A DNA stretch of 64,000 nucleotides from Minisyncoccia bacterium (lineage in GTDB: Bacteria > Patescibacteriota > Minisyncoccia > Phycocordibacterales > UBA9973). Below, one piece after another: positions 1 through 8,841 of this stretch. Below the pieces are notes generated by a model. That model was given only the letters and a program-made list of their open reading frames with translations, ran no database searches and was not told the DNA's origin. The stretch's first letter is position 1; each line of letters begins with the position of its first letter. Made by a program: the position numbers and the translations under genes. The stretch lies in assembly GCA_044229265.1 (NCBI GenBank), contig JBGATK010000004.1, forward strand, positions 252-64,251, in the 5' to 3' direction.

Positions 1-397
1 TACTAAAAGGGTGGGTATTGCTATTTCTGATGAAGATGGGAAATTTGCTTTCCCAAAAGAGGTTTTAAGTAATGATAAAAATCTGGTTTTTAAAATAAAA
101 GAAATTATTAAAAAAGAAAAAGTTTATAAAATAGTAATAGGAGAGTCTTTAGATGATACAAATCAGAGAAATAAATTAGAAGATGATATAGAGAAATTTA
201 TTAAAGTATTTGATTCGGAAATAAATTTACCAATTGCACGTGAAAAAGAATTCTTTACTTCTTTTGAAGCACACACCAGAGAAGGTAAAGAAAATAGAAA
301 CGATAGACTTAATAAAAAAGAAAAAACAAAAAACTTAGATTCTAAAGCCGCCGCAATTATTTTACAGAGATATTTAGACAGAATAAATAAAATATAA
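1..397 (+). CDS. ruvX: Holliday-junction resolvase-like RuvX/YqgF (putative pre-16S rRNA nuclease), 5' end outside the window
   Basis: The reading frame is open from the window edge (TKRVGIAISD...). The KIVIGESLDD and AAAIILQRYL segments match YqgF/RuvX conserved blocks. Confidence 0.6.
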   Translation, partial: TKRVGIAISDEDGKFAFPKEVLSNDKNLVFKIKEIIKKEKVYKIVIGESLDDTNQRNKLEDDIEKFIKVFDSEINLPIAREKEFFTSFEAHTREGKENRNDRLNKKEKTKNLDSKAAAIILQRYLDRINKI

Positions 398-403
398 AAA
401 TAT

Positions 404-763
404 ATGGAAGAAATTAAACAAGAAGAAAATATAAAAATAAGTATAGATGATTTTAAAAAAGTAGAACTTAAGCTTGGTAAAATCTTGAGTGCAGAAAAAG
501 TTCCCGAAACTGAAAAACTTTTAAAACTGTCAGTCGATTTGGGTGAAGAAAATCCTCGTCAAATAGTTTCAGGCATAGCAACTTATTTTCCAAATCCGCA
601 AGATTTGATCGGAGTAAAATGTATGTTTGTATCAAACCTAGCACCACGTGTGATTCGTGGCTTAGAATCAAATGGTATGATACTAGCTCTATCTACTCCT
701 GATGGTAAATTCTCCTTGCTTTCACCTTTTGGTGAAATAGAAGTTGGTACAAGTGCAAAATAA
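404..763 (+). CDS. Stand-alone tRNA-binding domain protein (CsaA/Myf/EMAP-like, homologous to the MetRS C-terminal domain)
   Basis: 119 aa. KVELKLGKILSAEKVPETEKLLKLSVDLGEE...RQIVSGIATYF and MILALSTPDG are typical of the OB-fold tRNA-binding (Myf) domain. Confidence 0.65.
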   Translation: MEEIKQEENIKISIDDFKKVELKLGKILSAEKVPETEKLLKLSVDLGEENPRQIVSGIATYFPNPQDLIGVKCMFVSNLAPRVIRGLESNGMILALSTPDGKFSLLSPFGEIEVGTSAK

Positions 764-802
764 CTTTTCTTAAAAAAAATAAAGAGTTATAATATTATTG
801 TA

Positions 803-1885
803 ATGCTCAAAACGTCTTACAATAAATTTTTCCCTACACCAAGTTTCTTAGTTCCAAATTCTTTTGGTTTAGATCTTTCTGATGAGTCCTTGAAATTTGT
901 TAAATTGATTCGCACTAGTAAAGGAATAAAGCTTGCAAAATACGGAGAAATGAAAATTCCGACAGGTGTTATAGAGTCTGGTCGCATCAAAGACACTAAA
1001 CGCCTTGAAGATATACTTTCTACTTGGAAAAGAGAAAATAAAGTTGATTCAGTGCGAGTATCTGTACCAGAAGAGCAAGTTTATTTGTTTAAACTTTATT
1101 TATTAAAAGAAGGATTGAAAAGTGTACGTGAAGCCATAGAACTCTCACTCGAAGAACATATACCTGTGCCTGCTCCTGAAGCAGTTTTTGATTATGAAAT
1201 CTTGACTCAAGATGAAAATTCTCTAGAACTTCAAATAACTGCAATTTCTAAAAATGTTATTGATAATTATTTAGAAATTCTCGATCATAATAATATCCCT
1301 CTTAGTGCTTTCGAACTTGAGGCCGAATCTATAGCCCGCGCAGTTGTCAGCAGGGGAGATAAAGAAACTTATATGATAGTTGATTTCGGAGAGAAGAGAA
1401 CGGGTATTTTTATTATTTCTGATGGAGTGGTGGTTTTTACTTCTACTCTCGATTTTAGTGGTGAAATGTTAAATCAAGCAATAGTAAAAAGTTTCAAAGT
1501 TAATATAGAGGAAGCTGAAAAAATTAAAAGACAATACGGCCTGAAGCGCGATGCCTCAAATAGAGAAGTTTTTCCAGTTCTTTTAAATAGTGTTTCAATT
1601 TTACGCGACGAAGTCTCAAAGCATTTGCTTTATTGGCAAACTCATAAAGATGAAAAAGGAAAAACTAATCCTTTAATAAAGAAAATCATTCTTTGCGGTG
1701 GTGGCTCGAACTTAACTGGTCTCACAGAATATTTTTCAGTTAGTTTAAAAATACCTACAGAGCTAGCTGATGTTTGGCAAAATATAAATATGGTCGATAA
1801 AAAAATACCAGAAATGACTTTCCGTGAATCGCTTTCTTTTGCACCTTCACTTGGCCTAGCGCTTGGTAATTTTGATTATGATTAA
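803..1885 (+). CDS. pilM: Type IV pilus assembly protein PilM (actin-like ATPase fold), cluster 1
   Basis: 360 aa. GLDLSDESLKFVKL N-terminus and acetate/sugar kinase-like fold motifs; followed by PilN/PilO-like genes. Confidence 0.7.
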   Translation: MLKTSYNKFFPTPSFLVPNSFGLDLSDESLKFVKLIRTSKGIKLAKYGEMKIPTGVIESGRIKDTKRLEDILSTWKRENKVDSVRVSVPEEQVYLFKLYLLKEGLKSVREAIELSLEEHIPVPAPEAVFDYEILTQDENSLELQITAISKNVIDNYLEILDHNNIPLSAFELEAESIARAVVSRGDKETYMIVDFGEKRTGIFIISDGVVVFTSTLDFSGEMLNQAIVKSFKVNIEEAEKIKRQYGLKRDASNREVFPVLLNSVSILRDEVSKHLLYWQTHKDEKGKTNPLIKKIILCGGGSNLTGLTEYFSVSLKIPTELADVWQNINMVDKKIPEMTFRESLSFAPSLGLALGNFDYD

Positions 1886-2420
1886 TTTAACACCAAAAGA
1901 AGAGAGAAAAAAAATCAAAGGAGATTTTTATTTACGATTACTTATCGTATTTCTTTTTTCTGTTTCTATTTCGATAGTAATTTTTGATGTAGCCATGATT
2001 CCTGCATATTTTGCTGCTAAGATTTCTAAAGATGCGGTAGAGAAAAAATTAATTGATCAGAAAAATACTCCAGTGCCAGCCTTGGATATAGAAACTCAAA
2101 CCATTATTCAAAATATAAATTCCAGGATTAAAATAGTCAAAGATGTAGAACAAAATAAATTCTTGGTTTCAGAAAGAGTAATTAATCAAATATTACTTAA
2201 AAAAATGACAGACATAAAAATAAGTAGCATTGTTTATAATTCAGATAGCGGGTCCATAAAAAAAATCCAAATTACCGGCTCAGCACCTTCTCGTGAGCGA
2301 CTACTATTATTTCGCAGAGCTCTCGAAGAAAATACTTTATTTAAATCTGTAGATTTGCCTATTTCAAATTTTATTAAAGGATCGGATATTATTTTTTCTT
2401 TAACCCTTTCACCAGCTTAA
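1878..2420 (+). CDS. pilN: PilN-like bitopic membrane protein, cluster 1
   Basis: ATG overlaps the pilM stop (ATGATTAA). Single N-terminal TM helix followed by a periplasmic domain. Call rests on position and architecture. Confidence 0.5.
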   Translation: MINLTPKEERKKIKGDFYLRLLIVFLFSVSISIVIFDVAMIPAYFAAKISKDAVEKKLIDQKNTPVPALDIETQTIIQNINSRIKIVKDVEQNKFLVSERVINQILLKKMTDIKISSIVYNSDSGSIKKIQITGSAPSRERLLLFRRALEENTLFKSVDLPISNFIKGSDIIFSLTLSPA

Positions 2421-2421
2421 T

Positions 2422-2949
2422 ATGAAAAAGACACATTACATTTATACATTTTTATCTTTTATTTTACTTATTTGTGTATCAGTAGGCACTTATTTTTCTT
2501 ATAAAAAGATTTTGTCTGTTAAAGAAGATATAGCGCAAAAACAATCCGAGTGGCAAATAGAAGAGAATCGCAGAAATGAAATAAAGAATTTAGAGCGTTC
2601 TGTTAAGAATTTAGCAGAGGAGAAAAAAGACTTAGATTCACACTTTGTCGCGAGCGATGATCCTGTAGCATTTTTAAATAGTTTGGAATCGATGGCTCTT
2701 TCCGTGGGGGCAGTGGCAGAAGTATCTACAGTAGGTACAAATAATGATGCTGGTTTAGTTGTAAATCTTAGAGCTACTGGAGGTTTTGATTCATTGTATA
2801 AATTTTTGACTTTAATAGAAAATTCTCACTATATAATGGAAATTCAGAATATGGCAATGTCTACTAATGTTCCTGAAATAAAAAGTACCAATGTTAGTAA
2901 GTGGGACATGAGTGTTCAATTAAAATTAACAACCTTTTCAAATATTTAA
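2422..2949 (+). CDS. pilO: PilO-like bitopic membrane protein with coiled-coil, cluster 1
   Basis: N-terminal TM, charged coiled-coil segment (EENRRNEIKNLERSVKNLAEEKKDL), position after pilM-pilN. Confidence 0.5.
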   Translation: MKKTHYIYTFLSFILLICVSVGTYFSYKKILSVKEDIAQKQSEWQIEENRRNEIKNLERSVKNLAEEKKDLDSHFVASDDPVAFLNSLESMALSVGAVAEVSTVGTNNDAGLVVNLRATGGFDSLYKFLTLIENSHYIMEIQNMAMSTNVPEIKSTNVSKWDMSVQLKLTTFSNI

Positions 2950-2950
2950 T

Positions 2951-3271
2951 ATGAAATTTGATTTAAAATTACAAATGTCAAAAAAGGGTGAAAAGAGAAT
3001 TTTCTCAAAGGAGAAAATTCAGATTAATCCTGATAAATATTGGATTTTTGTATTAATTTTTAATTTTTTAATTATAGTAGGTGCTTTTGTTTTTGGATAT
3101 TTTATGTTCACCAATGCAAGCATAGAGCTAAATACCGAAGAGCCTGTTTCAAATAAACAAGGAGTTAATGAAAAGAAGCTCGAAGAGGTTTTGAATTTTT
3201 TTGAGATAAGAAAAGAAAAAAGTGAAAAAATTATATTAGCTCCACTAGAGAAAGTTGACCCTTCGATATAA
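2951..3271 (+). CDS. Small single-TM protein, fourth gene of pilMNO cluster 1 (function unknown)
   Basis: 106 aa, one hydrophobic helix (WIFVLIFNFLIIVGAFVFGYFMF), translationally coupled to the pilO stop. Confidence 0.35.
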   Translation: MKFDLKLQMSKKGEKRIFSKEKIQINPDKYWIFVLIFNFLIIVGAFVFGYFMFTNASIELNTEEPVSNKQGVNEKKLEEVLNFFEIRKEKSEKIILAPLEKVDPSI

Positions 3272-3294
3272 AAATGTTAATTTGATTTGTATAT

Positions 3295-3367
3295 GCGCGA
3301 CTAGCTCAGTTGGTAGAGCAACCCGTTTACACCGGGAAGGTCATAGGTTCGAGTCCTGTGTCGCGCA
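3295..3367 (+). tRNA. tRNA-Val (anticodon UAC)
   Basis: Acceptor stem GCGCGAC/GTCGCGC, anticodon stem ACCCG/CGGGA with loop TTTACAC, T-loop TTCGAGT. No CCA encoded. Confidence 0.8.
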
Positions 3368-3376
3368 CTAGCAATT

Positions 3377-3448
3377 GCCTTCGTAGTTCAATGGATAGAA
3401 CAGAGCTCTTCTAAGGCTTTGATGTAGGTTCGATTCCTACCGAAGGCA
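3377..3448 (+). tRNA. tRNA-Arg (anticodon UCU)
   Basis: Acceptor GCCTTCG/CGAAGGC, D-loop AATGGATA, anticodon loop CTTCTAA, T-arm GTAGG-TTCGATT-CCTAC. No CCA encoded. Confidence 0.75.
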
Positions 3449-3449
3449 C

Positions 3450-4109
3450 ATGGAAATTAAAATTCTTTACGAAGATGAAAATATACTCGCTATAGATAAG
3501 CCTTCATCTATTTTAGTGCATCCTGATGAAAGGAGCAGTGAAGAAACTATTCTAGATATTTTTTTAAAAAAGTATCCTGAAATTGAAATAGTACATAGAC
3601 TTGATTATGAAACTTCAGGAGTAATGTTGCTCGCTAAAAATAAAGTTGCTCATGAATTTTTAAAAAAACAATTTCAAGATAGGGAAATTAAAAAAACTTA
3701 TCTCACATTGGTATATGGTGATTTAAAAAAAGATTTCGGTGTGATAGATCAGCCTATCGGGCGCTCGCCATCAGACTTTCGGCGTAGGCTCGCTGGTCGT
3801 GGCGCAAGGGGAGAGATGAGAGAATCGATAACAGAATACAAAGTTTTAAAAAGGCTCGAGATAGAAGGTCAGAAATATACTTTAGTGGAAGTAATGCCAA
3901 AAACTGGCCGTACGCACCAGATACGGGTGCATATGAAATATCTGAGTTATCCGGTAGTATGCGACAAACTTTACGCTCCTAAAAATTTGTGCCCAAGCAT
4001 TTTGGGGCGCCTCATGCTTCATGCGAAATCCATTGAATTTAAAGCTTTAAATAATGAAATAATTAAAGTAGAATCACCTTTGCCACCCGTGTTTTCTAAA
4101 ATGCTATAA
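3450..4109 (+). CDS. RluA-family 23S rRNA/tRNA pseudouridine synthase
   Basis: HRLDYETSGVMLLAKN is the canonical RluA catalytic motif (HRLDxxTSG). The start is 2 nt after tRNA-Arg. Confidence 0.8.
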   Translation: MEIKILYEDENILAIDKPSSILVHPDERSSEETILDIFLKKYPEIEIVHRLDYETSGVMLLAKNKVAHEFLKKQFQDREIKKTYLTLVYGDLKKDFGVIDQPIGRSPSDFRRRLAGRGARGEMRESITEYKVLKRLEIEGQKYTLVEVMPKTGRTHQIRVHMKYLSYPVVCDKLYAPKNLCPSILGRLMLHAKSIEFKALNNEIIKVESPLPPVFSKML

Positions 4110-4149
4110 TATTAACGACATATATTCATCGTTAATTAAATATTAAAAA

Positions 4150-5223
4150 ATGAAAAATTTACTTTTCTATTGTCTTTTCTTTTGGGTAAATTTTTCATTT
4201 ACTCAAAATAGTATTCCGGACACTCAAAAAATATTTTCTTACATAAAAGGGAATTTGCCTTTAAATAAAGAAAATATTAATTTTCTTTCTAAACACAGAA
4301 TAGAGTATTCATACTTTTGGCTCTTGCGCGACAGCAGTGCTCTTTGTGCAAGGAAAAATTTAGCAAAGTATAAAGAAATTTTTGAAAAAATTGAAAAAGA
4401 ATTTTCTTTTTCAAAAAACAGATTACAAAAAATTTCTTTCGTAGAATCTTATGGCAGAGATTCTATTGGTAGTTATGCCGGCGCATTGGGTCTTATGCAA
4501 TTCATGCCAAAAACTGCCAGGGAATATGGGCTTAAGGTAAATAAAAAGCTAAGTCTCGACGAGCGTCTTATCCCAGAAAAAGCTATATTTGCTTCGGCTA
4601 AATACTTGGCAAAGGCAGATAATGTTTTTGACAATGAAGATATGGCTAATGCCTCGTATCACATGGGTTTTGGAAATATGTATAAAGTTTTAGCATTTTA
4701 TTTAGCTGACATAGAAAGAATTTTTGTAAAAGTCGGCAAAGATAATGCTAAATATTTTGTACGGAAATACGATATAAATATGGAGAAGATTTATTTTCTG
4801 GCTCGGCCACATACCAAACTTTACGATTTTCTGTCGAGTTTAAAAGATAACTCCATGAGTTATTTTTGGGGCATAAAGTCTGCGGGTAATTTACTTGAAA
4901 TGGATGATATGGAGTATGATTATTTATATTGGTCATTTCGAAATGTTTTTGATCCGAGTGCAAAAGCTCCAGCTAGGTACTTTACTCAAGCTTGGTGTAG
5001 GGAAGGGGTTGAGTGTGAAGAAGATATGTTCAATCAAGAGTATTTTATGTCTTTAAATTTACCCAAAGAAAAAATGGCTAAAATTGATTCTGTTTTTATT
5101 TTGCGTCAACTTTCTGAATTAGCACTTTTGTCTTTTCGTGAAGTAAATTCGAATTTACACATTGTGTTTTCTCCGCATTTTCCTGTAGGAGATGAATTCA
5201 AAAATTTATTTTTTAAAAATTAA
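4150..5223 (+). CDS. Secreted lytic transglycosylase (SLT domain)
   Basis: N-terminal signal peptide. ESYGRDSIGSYAGALGLMQFMPKTAREYGL matches the SLT catalytic E...GLMQ..P.TA motif. Confidence 0.7.
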   Translation: MKNLLFYCLFFWVNFSFTQNSIPDTQKIFSYIKGNLPLNKENINFLSKHRIEYSYFWLLRDSSALCARKNLAKYKEIFEKIEKEFSFSKNRLQKISFVESYGRDSIGSYAGALGLMQFMPKTAREYGLKVNKKLSLDERLIPEKAIFASAKYLAKADNVFDNEDMANASYHMGFGNMYKVLAFYLADIERIFVKVGKDNAKYFVRKYDINMEKIYFLARPHTKLYDFLSSLKDNSMSYFWGIKSAGNLLEMDDMEYDYLYWSFRNVFDPSAKAPARYFTQAWCREGVECEEDMFNQEYFMSLNLPKEKMAKIDSVFILRQLSELALLSFREVNSNLHIVFSPHFPVGDEFKNLFFKN

Positions 5224-5247
5224 ATTTTAATTGTGATAAATCCTAAT

Positions 5248-5283
5248 ATACACTGTCAAAACGTTGCCAGTGTATTTTTTTTG
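5248..5283 (+). terminator. Intrinsic terminator for the SLT gene
   Basis: ATACACTG-12 nt loop-CAGTGTAT followed by TTTTTTTT. Confidence 0.6.
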
Positions 5284-5323
5284 TAATAAAAAATGCACTT
5301 ACGATTTACAATTGTAAGTGCAT
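5284..5323 (-). terminator. Intrinsic terminator for the minus-strand gene 5344..6072
   Basis: Palindrome ATGCACTTAC...GTAAGTGCAT, followed on the minus strand by a U-run (complement of AAAAAAAA at 5285-5292). Confidence 0.5.
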
Positions 5324-5343
5324 AATACCATCTGGCAAATATT

Positions 5344-6072
5344 TTAAAAAATTTCTCCATCGTCATATGGACTTATTTTTAATTTTGATCCATAGTGAAT
5401 AATGATCTTTTTTAAAAATCTGGTATCTGTGCGGAAGGGCAGAATGGTGGAAAATTCCCCCAATGTTATTGATTTACCCCCATTCCCATGGAGGATTTTT
5501 CTAATTTGTTTTGCTTCTAAATTAGAAGTATTCACTTTCTCTATTTCACATTCTATGGTTTCATTTCCATTTTTACCATTTATTTCTGTGTGAAAAAGAA
5601 GTTCCACGTAGTGTGTCTGCTCAAGACATGTTTTGAGCAAGTTCCGACTTCTTTTTATAAAATCTATGAACAGAGTTGATGCCTCATTTTTCGCATCTGC
5701 AAAAGGGTTTATATCTCTTCCAGAAGGAAGGAAAGGCAGAACACCTAAAACACTATCTGTGCGAATTACATAGTTATGCAATTCATCGGATAATATTCTG
5801 GTCACTGGATCTTTTGCAGATTCAATGGTTATCAAATTGCCATTAATTTCTTTCGCTAATCCAGAAAATTCTAATTTTTCTCCTAGTTCACCATCAGTAT
5901 TCATCCTGGCTATTAGAAAGTACACGGTTTTGTTGATATTTTTTGAAATATATTTTTTAAATATTTCCGTGTGGTTTACATACTCTTGACTGAATGCCAT
6001 GAGTTCTATTGGTGAAACTGTACCCGAATTTTTAAGCTCTAGGGTTATAGAGCGTTTTTCTTGCGTTAACAT
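5344..6072 (-). CDS. Hypothetical protein, isolated minus-strand orphan
   Basis: 242-aa ORF bracketed by terminators. No motif I can recognise. Confidence 0.45.
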   Translation of the reverse strand: MLTQEKRSITLELKNSGTVSPIELMAFSQEYVNHTEIFKKYISKNINKTVYFLIARMNTDGELGEKLEFSGLAKEINGNLITIESAKDPVTRILSDELHNYVIRTDSVLGVLPFLPSGRDINPFADAKNEASTLFIDFIKRSRNLLKTCLEQTHYVELLFHTEINGKNGNETIECEIEKVNTSNLEAKQIRKILHGNGGKSITLGEFSTILPFRTDTRFLKKIIIHYGSKLKISPYDDGEIF

Positions 6073-6147
6073 ATTTTATAATTTACAAGGTTCTTGAATT
6101 TTTTTGTCATTTTGATATTACAATTATTCTCTATCAGAGTCAAATAT

Positions 6148-6176
6148 TTGCCAAAAAAATAACTTTCTGCTATAGT
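6148..6176 (+). promoter_or_regulatory. Sigma70-like promoter upstream of rplS (TTGCCA-N17-TATAGT)
   Basis: -35 TTGCCA at 6148-6153, 17-nt spacer, -10 TATAGT at 6171-6176, ATG at 6184. Confidence 0.45.
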
Positions 6177-6183
6177 ATGGGGC

Positions 6184-6612
6184 ATGACAAAGACAGCAAT
6201 AAAAGCTATTAAATGGAGCCCGGTTGATATGGAAGCACGTAAAAACCTTGATTTTAAGTCAGGTGATACTATTCGTGTTTGGAATAAAATCGTGGATGAA
6301 AAAGGCAAATCTCGCTTGCAGGCTTTCGAAGGCATAGTGCTTGCTCGTAAGCATGGCGCAGAAATAGGAGCTACTTTTACAGTAAGAAAAGTTACCCTAA
6401 GTGTCGGTGTAGAGAGAATTTTTCCGCTTTATTCACCAATGATAGACAAGATAGAAATTATAAAAAAAGCAAATGCTCGCCGAAGTAAACTATATTACAT
6501 AAGAAACAAAGCAGTTCGCGATGTTCGCAAAAAACTTCGCTCTACAACCCTAGAAATTTCTGATACAGAAGATGTAGCAGTAGAAGGCTCGACCGAAATA
6601 CCTAAAGCATAA
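6184..6612 (+). CDS. rplS: 50S ribosomal protein L19
   Basis: GDTIRVWNKIVDEKGKSRLQAFEGIVLARKHG...TFTVRKV..GVGVERIFPLYSP...RRSKLYYIR matches the L19 family throughout. Confidence 0.9.
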   Translation: MTKTAIKAIKWSPVDMEARKNLDFKSGDTIRVWNKIVDEKGKSRLQAFEGIVLARKHGAEIGATFTVRKVTLSVGVERIFPLYSPMIDKIEIIKKANARRSKLYYIRNKAVRDVRKKLRSTTLEISDTEDVAVEGSTEIPKA

Positions 6613-6643
6613 CTTTTGCAGGCGGGAAAAGCTTAAAAAATAA

Positions 6644-6677
6644 AACTCTGATTAAAAATCAGGGTTTTATTTTTTTG
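6644..6677 (+). terminator. Intrinsic terminator after rplS
   Basis: CTCTGATT-loop-AATCAGGG (one mismatch) followed by TTTTATTTTTTT. Confidence 0.55.
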
Positions 6678-6701
6678 AAAATATGCTAGACTCTAAAACA
6701 T

Positions 6702-6783
6702 GCCCGGGTGTTGAAATTGGTAGACAAGTACCCTTGAGGTGGGTATGCCGTAAGGTGTGCTGGTTCGAGTCCAGTCCCGGGCA
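6702..6783 (+). tRNA. tRNA-Leu (anticodon GAG), long variable arm
   Basis: Acceptor GCCCGGG/CCCGGGC, anticodon stem TACCC/GGGTA with loop TTGAGGT, long variable arm, T-loop TTCGAGT. Confidence 0.75.
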
Positions 6784-6792
6784 CAAAATATT

Positions 6793-7488
6793 ATGGAAAC
6801 TTTAAAACCAAACATTGGTAAAAATTTAAATATTGAATGGAATGGCAAGAACTACCAAAGGCTTCCAATAAAAACGCATGTAGTTGTAGCAGGGGAAGAT
6901 ATAGTGTCCATTGTAAAAAAATATACAATACCATATTTGCAAACAGGGGATTATATTTTTATTAGTGAGCGTATTGTGGCTATAGCACAGGGTAGAGCTT
7001 TTCCTATTTCTGAAATTTATCCTTCAAAATTGGCAAATTTCTTAGTGCGTTTTGTACATAAATCTCCATACGGTATTGGGCTTGGTAGTCCATGGACTAT
7101 GGAGCTCGCTATTCGTGAAGCAGGTGCTTTTCGAATACTTCTTGGTGCATTTATTTCTGCAATTACAAAGCCATTTGGTTTGCGCGGAGTTTTTTATAAT
7201 ATTGTTGGTAATAATATAAATGCTATTGATGGTCCTTGTGAATATACTTTGCCCCCATACAATGGTTATGCAAAACTCGGACCCAAAGATCCAGACAAGG
7301 TGGCAAAACAAATAAAATTAGCTACAGGTCACGATGTGGTAATCATAGATGCAAACGATTTAGGGGTAAATATCCTAGGCAGGTCAGATAAAGATATACC
7401 TTTGGATTTCTCTCAAGCAGTTTTTAAAGACAATCCACTAGGACAAAGCAAAGAGCAAACACCTATATGTATTGTTCGGTTATCTTAG
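6793..7488 (+). CDS. CofE-like (F420-0:gamma-glutamyl ligase family) protein
   Basis: Start trimmed to the ATG after tRNA-Leu (METLKPN). GDYIFISERIVAIAQGRA and HDVVIIDANDLG resemble CofE-family blocks. Recognition is from memory, not a search. Confidence 0.45.
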   Translation: METLKPNIGKNLNIEWNGKNYQRLPIKTHVVVAGEDIVSIVKKYTIPYLQTGDYIFISERIVAIAQGRAFPISEIYPSKLANFLVRFVHKSPYGIGLGSPWTMELAIREAGAFRILLGAFISAITKPFGLRGVFYNIVGNNINAIDGPCEYTLPPYNGYAKLGPKDPDKVAKQIKLATGHDVVIIDANDLGVNILGRSDKDIPLDFSQAVFKDNPLGQSKEQTPICIVRLS

Positions 7489-7536
7489 TATTTGTTCCTT
7501 TCTTTTATTTTTTAAATAATTTACAATATAATATAT

Positions 7537-8064
7537 ATGAACAAAATATTAATCGGTGCAATTATCTTGGTATTTTTATTGATTTTAGGTTTTTATGTTT
7601 TTGATAAAAATAAAACTAATACAGAAAATAATAGAGAAAATTCTAGTGAGGTAGCATTCCCAGATATAAATGAAGTAAATCAAAATACAATAGATGAAAA
7701 TAAGGTAACAGAAAAAGAACCAGAAATAGCAGATGACACAAATTTTGCATCAGTAGGTTCATACGAAACTTATTCTCCAGAAAAAATAGCTGAAAAGAGT
7801 AAAAATAGTAGAGTTGTGCTTTTTTTTAATGCTACTTGGTGTCCGACTTGCCGGGCGCTTGATCGTAATATAAAAGCAAATCTCTCTCAAATCCCAGGTG
7901 ATATAACTATACTTTCTGTCGATTATGATACCTATAAAGATTTAGAAAAAAAGTATGGGGTCACATATCAACATACTTTAGTGCAAGTAGATGCTGAAGG
8001 AAACATGGTGAAGAAATGGTCCGGCAGTTCTTCTTTGTCTAAACTTGTGCAAGAAGTAAAATAA
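7537..8064 (+). CDS. Membrane-anchored thioredoxin-fold thiol-disulfide oxidoreductase
   Basis: N-terminal TM helix, then a Trx domain with FFNATWCPTCRALD (WCxxC active site). Confidence 0.75.
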   Translation: MNKILIGAIILVFLLILGFYVFDKNKTNTENNRENSSEVAFPDINEVNQNTIDENKVTEKEPEIADDTNFASVGSYETYSPEKIAEKSKNSRVVLFFNATWCPTCRALDRNIKANLSQIPGDITILSVDYDTYKDLEKKYGVTYQHTLVQVDAEGNMVKKWSGSSSLSKLVQEVK

Positions 8065-8071
8065 AATAAAA

Positions 8072-8806
8072 ATGACATTTTTATTTATATCATTTATAGC
8101 AGGGGTTCTCACAATACTCGCTCCGTGTATTTTACCTATGATACCTGTGGTGATAGGGCATTCACTTTCAGAACCATCAGTTTCTAGGCGGAGATTATTT
8201 TTTGTGGTGAGCTCTCTGTTTTTTTCAGTAATTATTTTTACTTTACTTATTAAAGCTAGCACTGCCTTTGTGCAAATTCCACAAGTTTTTTGGACTTATT
8301 TTTCAGGAGGAATTATAACTATATTTGGAATATTGACAGTATTTCCAGATGTCTGGGCGAGATTTAGTTTTGTGAATTTTGTAAATCAAAAATCAAATAT
8401 AGCTTTAGCAGAAGGTTATAAAAAGAATAATATTTGGGGCGACGCTATAGTGGGTGCCTCACTAGGTCCCATATTTTCTGCTTGTTCGCCGACTTATTTT
8501 ATTATTCTAGCTACAGTATTGCCAGCATCTTTTTTAAAAGGGTTGTTGTATTTGATAGTTTATGCATTTGGGTTAACACTGTCTTTTTTATTAATAGGTC
8601 TTTTGGGTCAAAAAATCATAAATACGGTAGGGGTAGCTAGTGATTCAAAAGGTGTTTTTAAAAAAGTGCTCGGAATTTTATTTATCATAATAGGTCTTTT
8701 AGTCTTAACAGGATACGATAAAAAATTTCAAACATATTTATTGGACAAAGGTTATTTTGACGCTACTCGAATAGAACAAAAATTACTAGACGATATGAAA
8801 TCATAG
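8072..8806 (+). CDS. ccdA: Cytochrome c biogenesis/thiol-disulfide transmembrane electron carrier CcdA (DsbD core)
   Basis: Six-TM protein. LAPCILPMIPVV and a second conserved Cys (FSACSPTY) are typical of the CcdA/DsbD beta domain. Confidence 0.7.
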   Translation: MTFLFISFIAGVLTILAPCILPMIPVVIGHSLSEPSVSRRRLFFVVSSLFFSVIIFTLLIKASTAFVQIPQVFWTYFSGGIITIFGILTVFPDVWARFSFVNFVNQKSNIALAEGYKKNNIWGDAIVGASLGPIFSACSPTYFIILATVLPASFLKGLLYLIVYAFGLTLSFLLIGLLGQKIINTVGVASDSKGVFKKVLGILFIIIGLLVLTGYDKKFQTYLLDKGYFDATRIEQKLLDDMKS

Positions 8807-8841
8807 TTTACCGAAATCTTTTATTTTGATATAATTTTTTT

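Noticed and set aside
6066-6335. Minus-strand 89-aa ORF overlapping the rplS promoter and start
   Set aside because: It overlaps a strongly supported conserved gene and has an implausible, low-complexity translation.
6757-6792. ORF-track start of the CofE-like gene at 6757
   Set aside because: That start overlaps tRNA-Leu (6702..6783). The first ATG downstream of the tRNA (6793, METLKPN) is the credible start.
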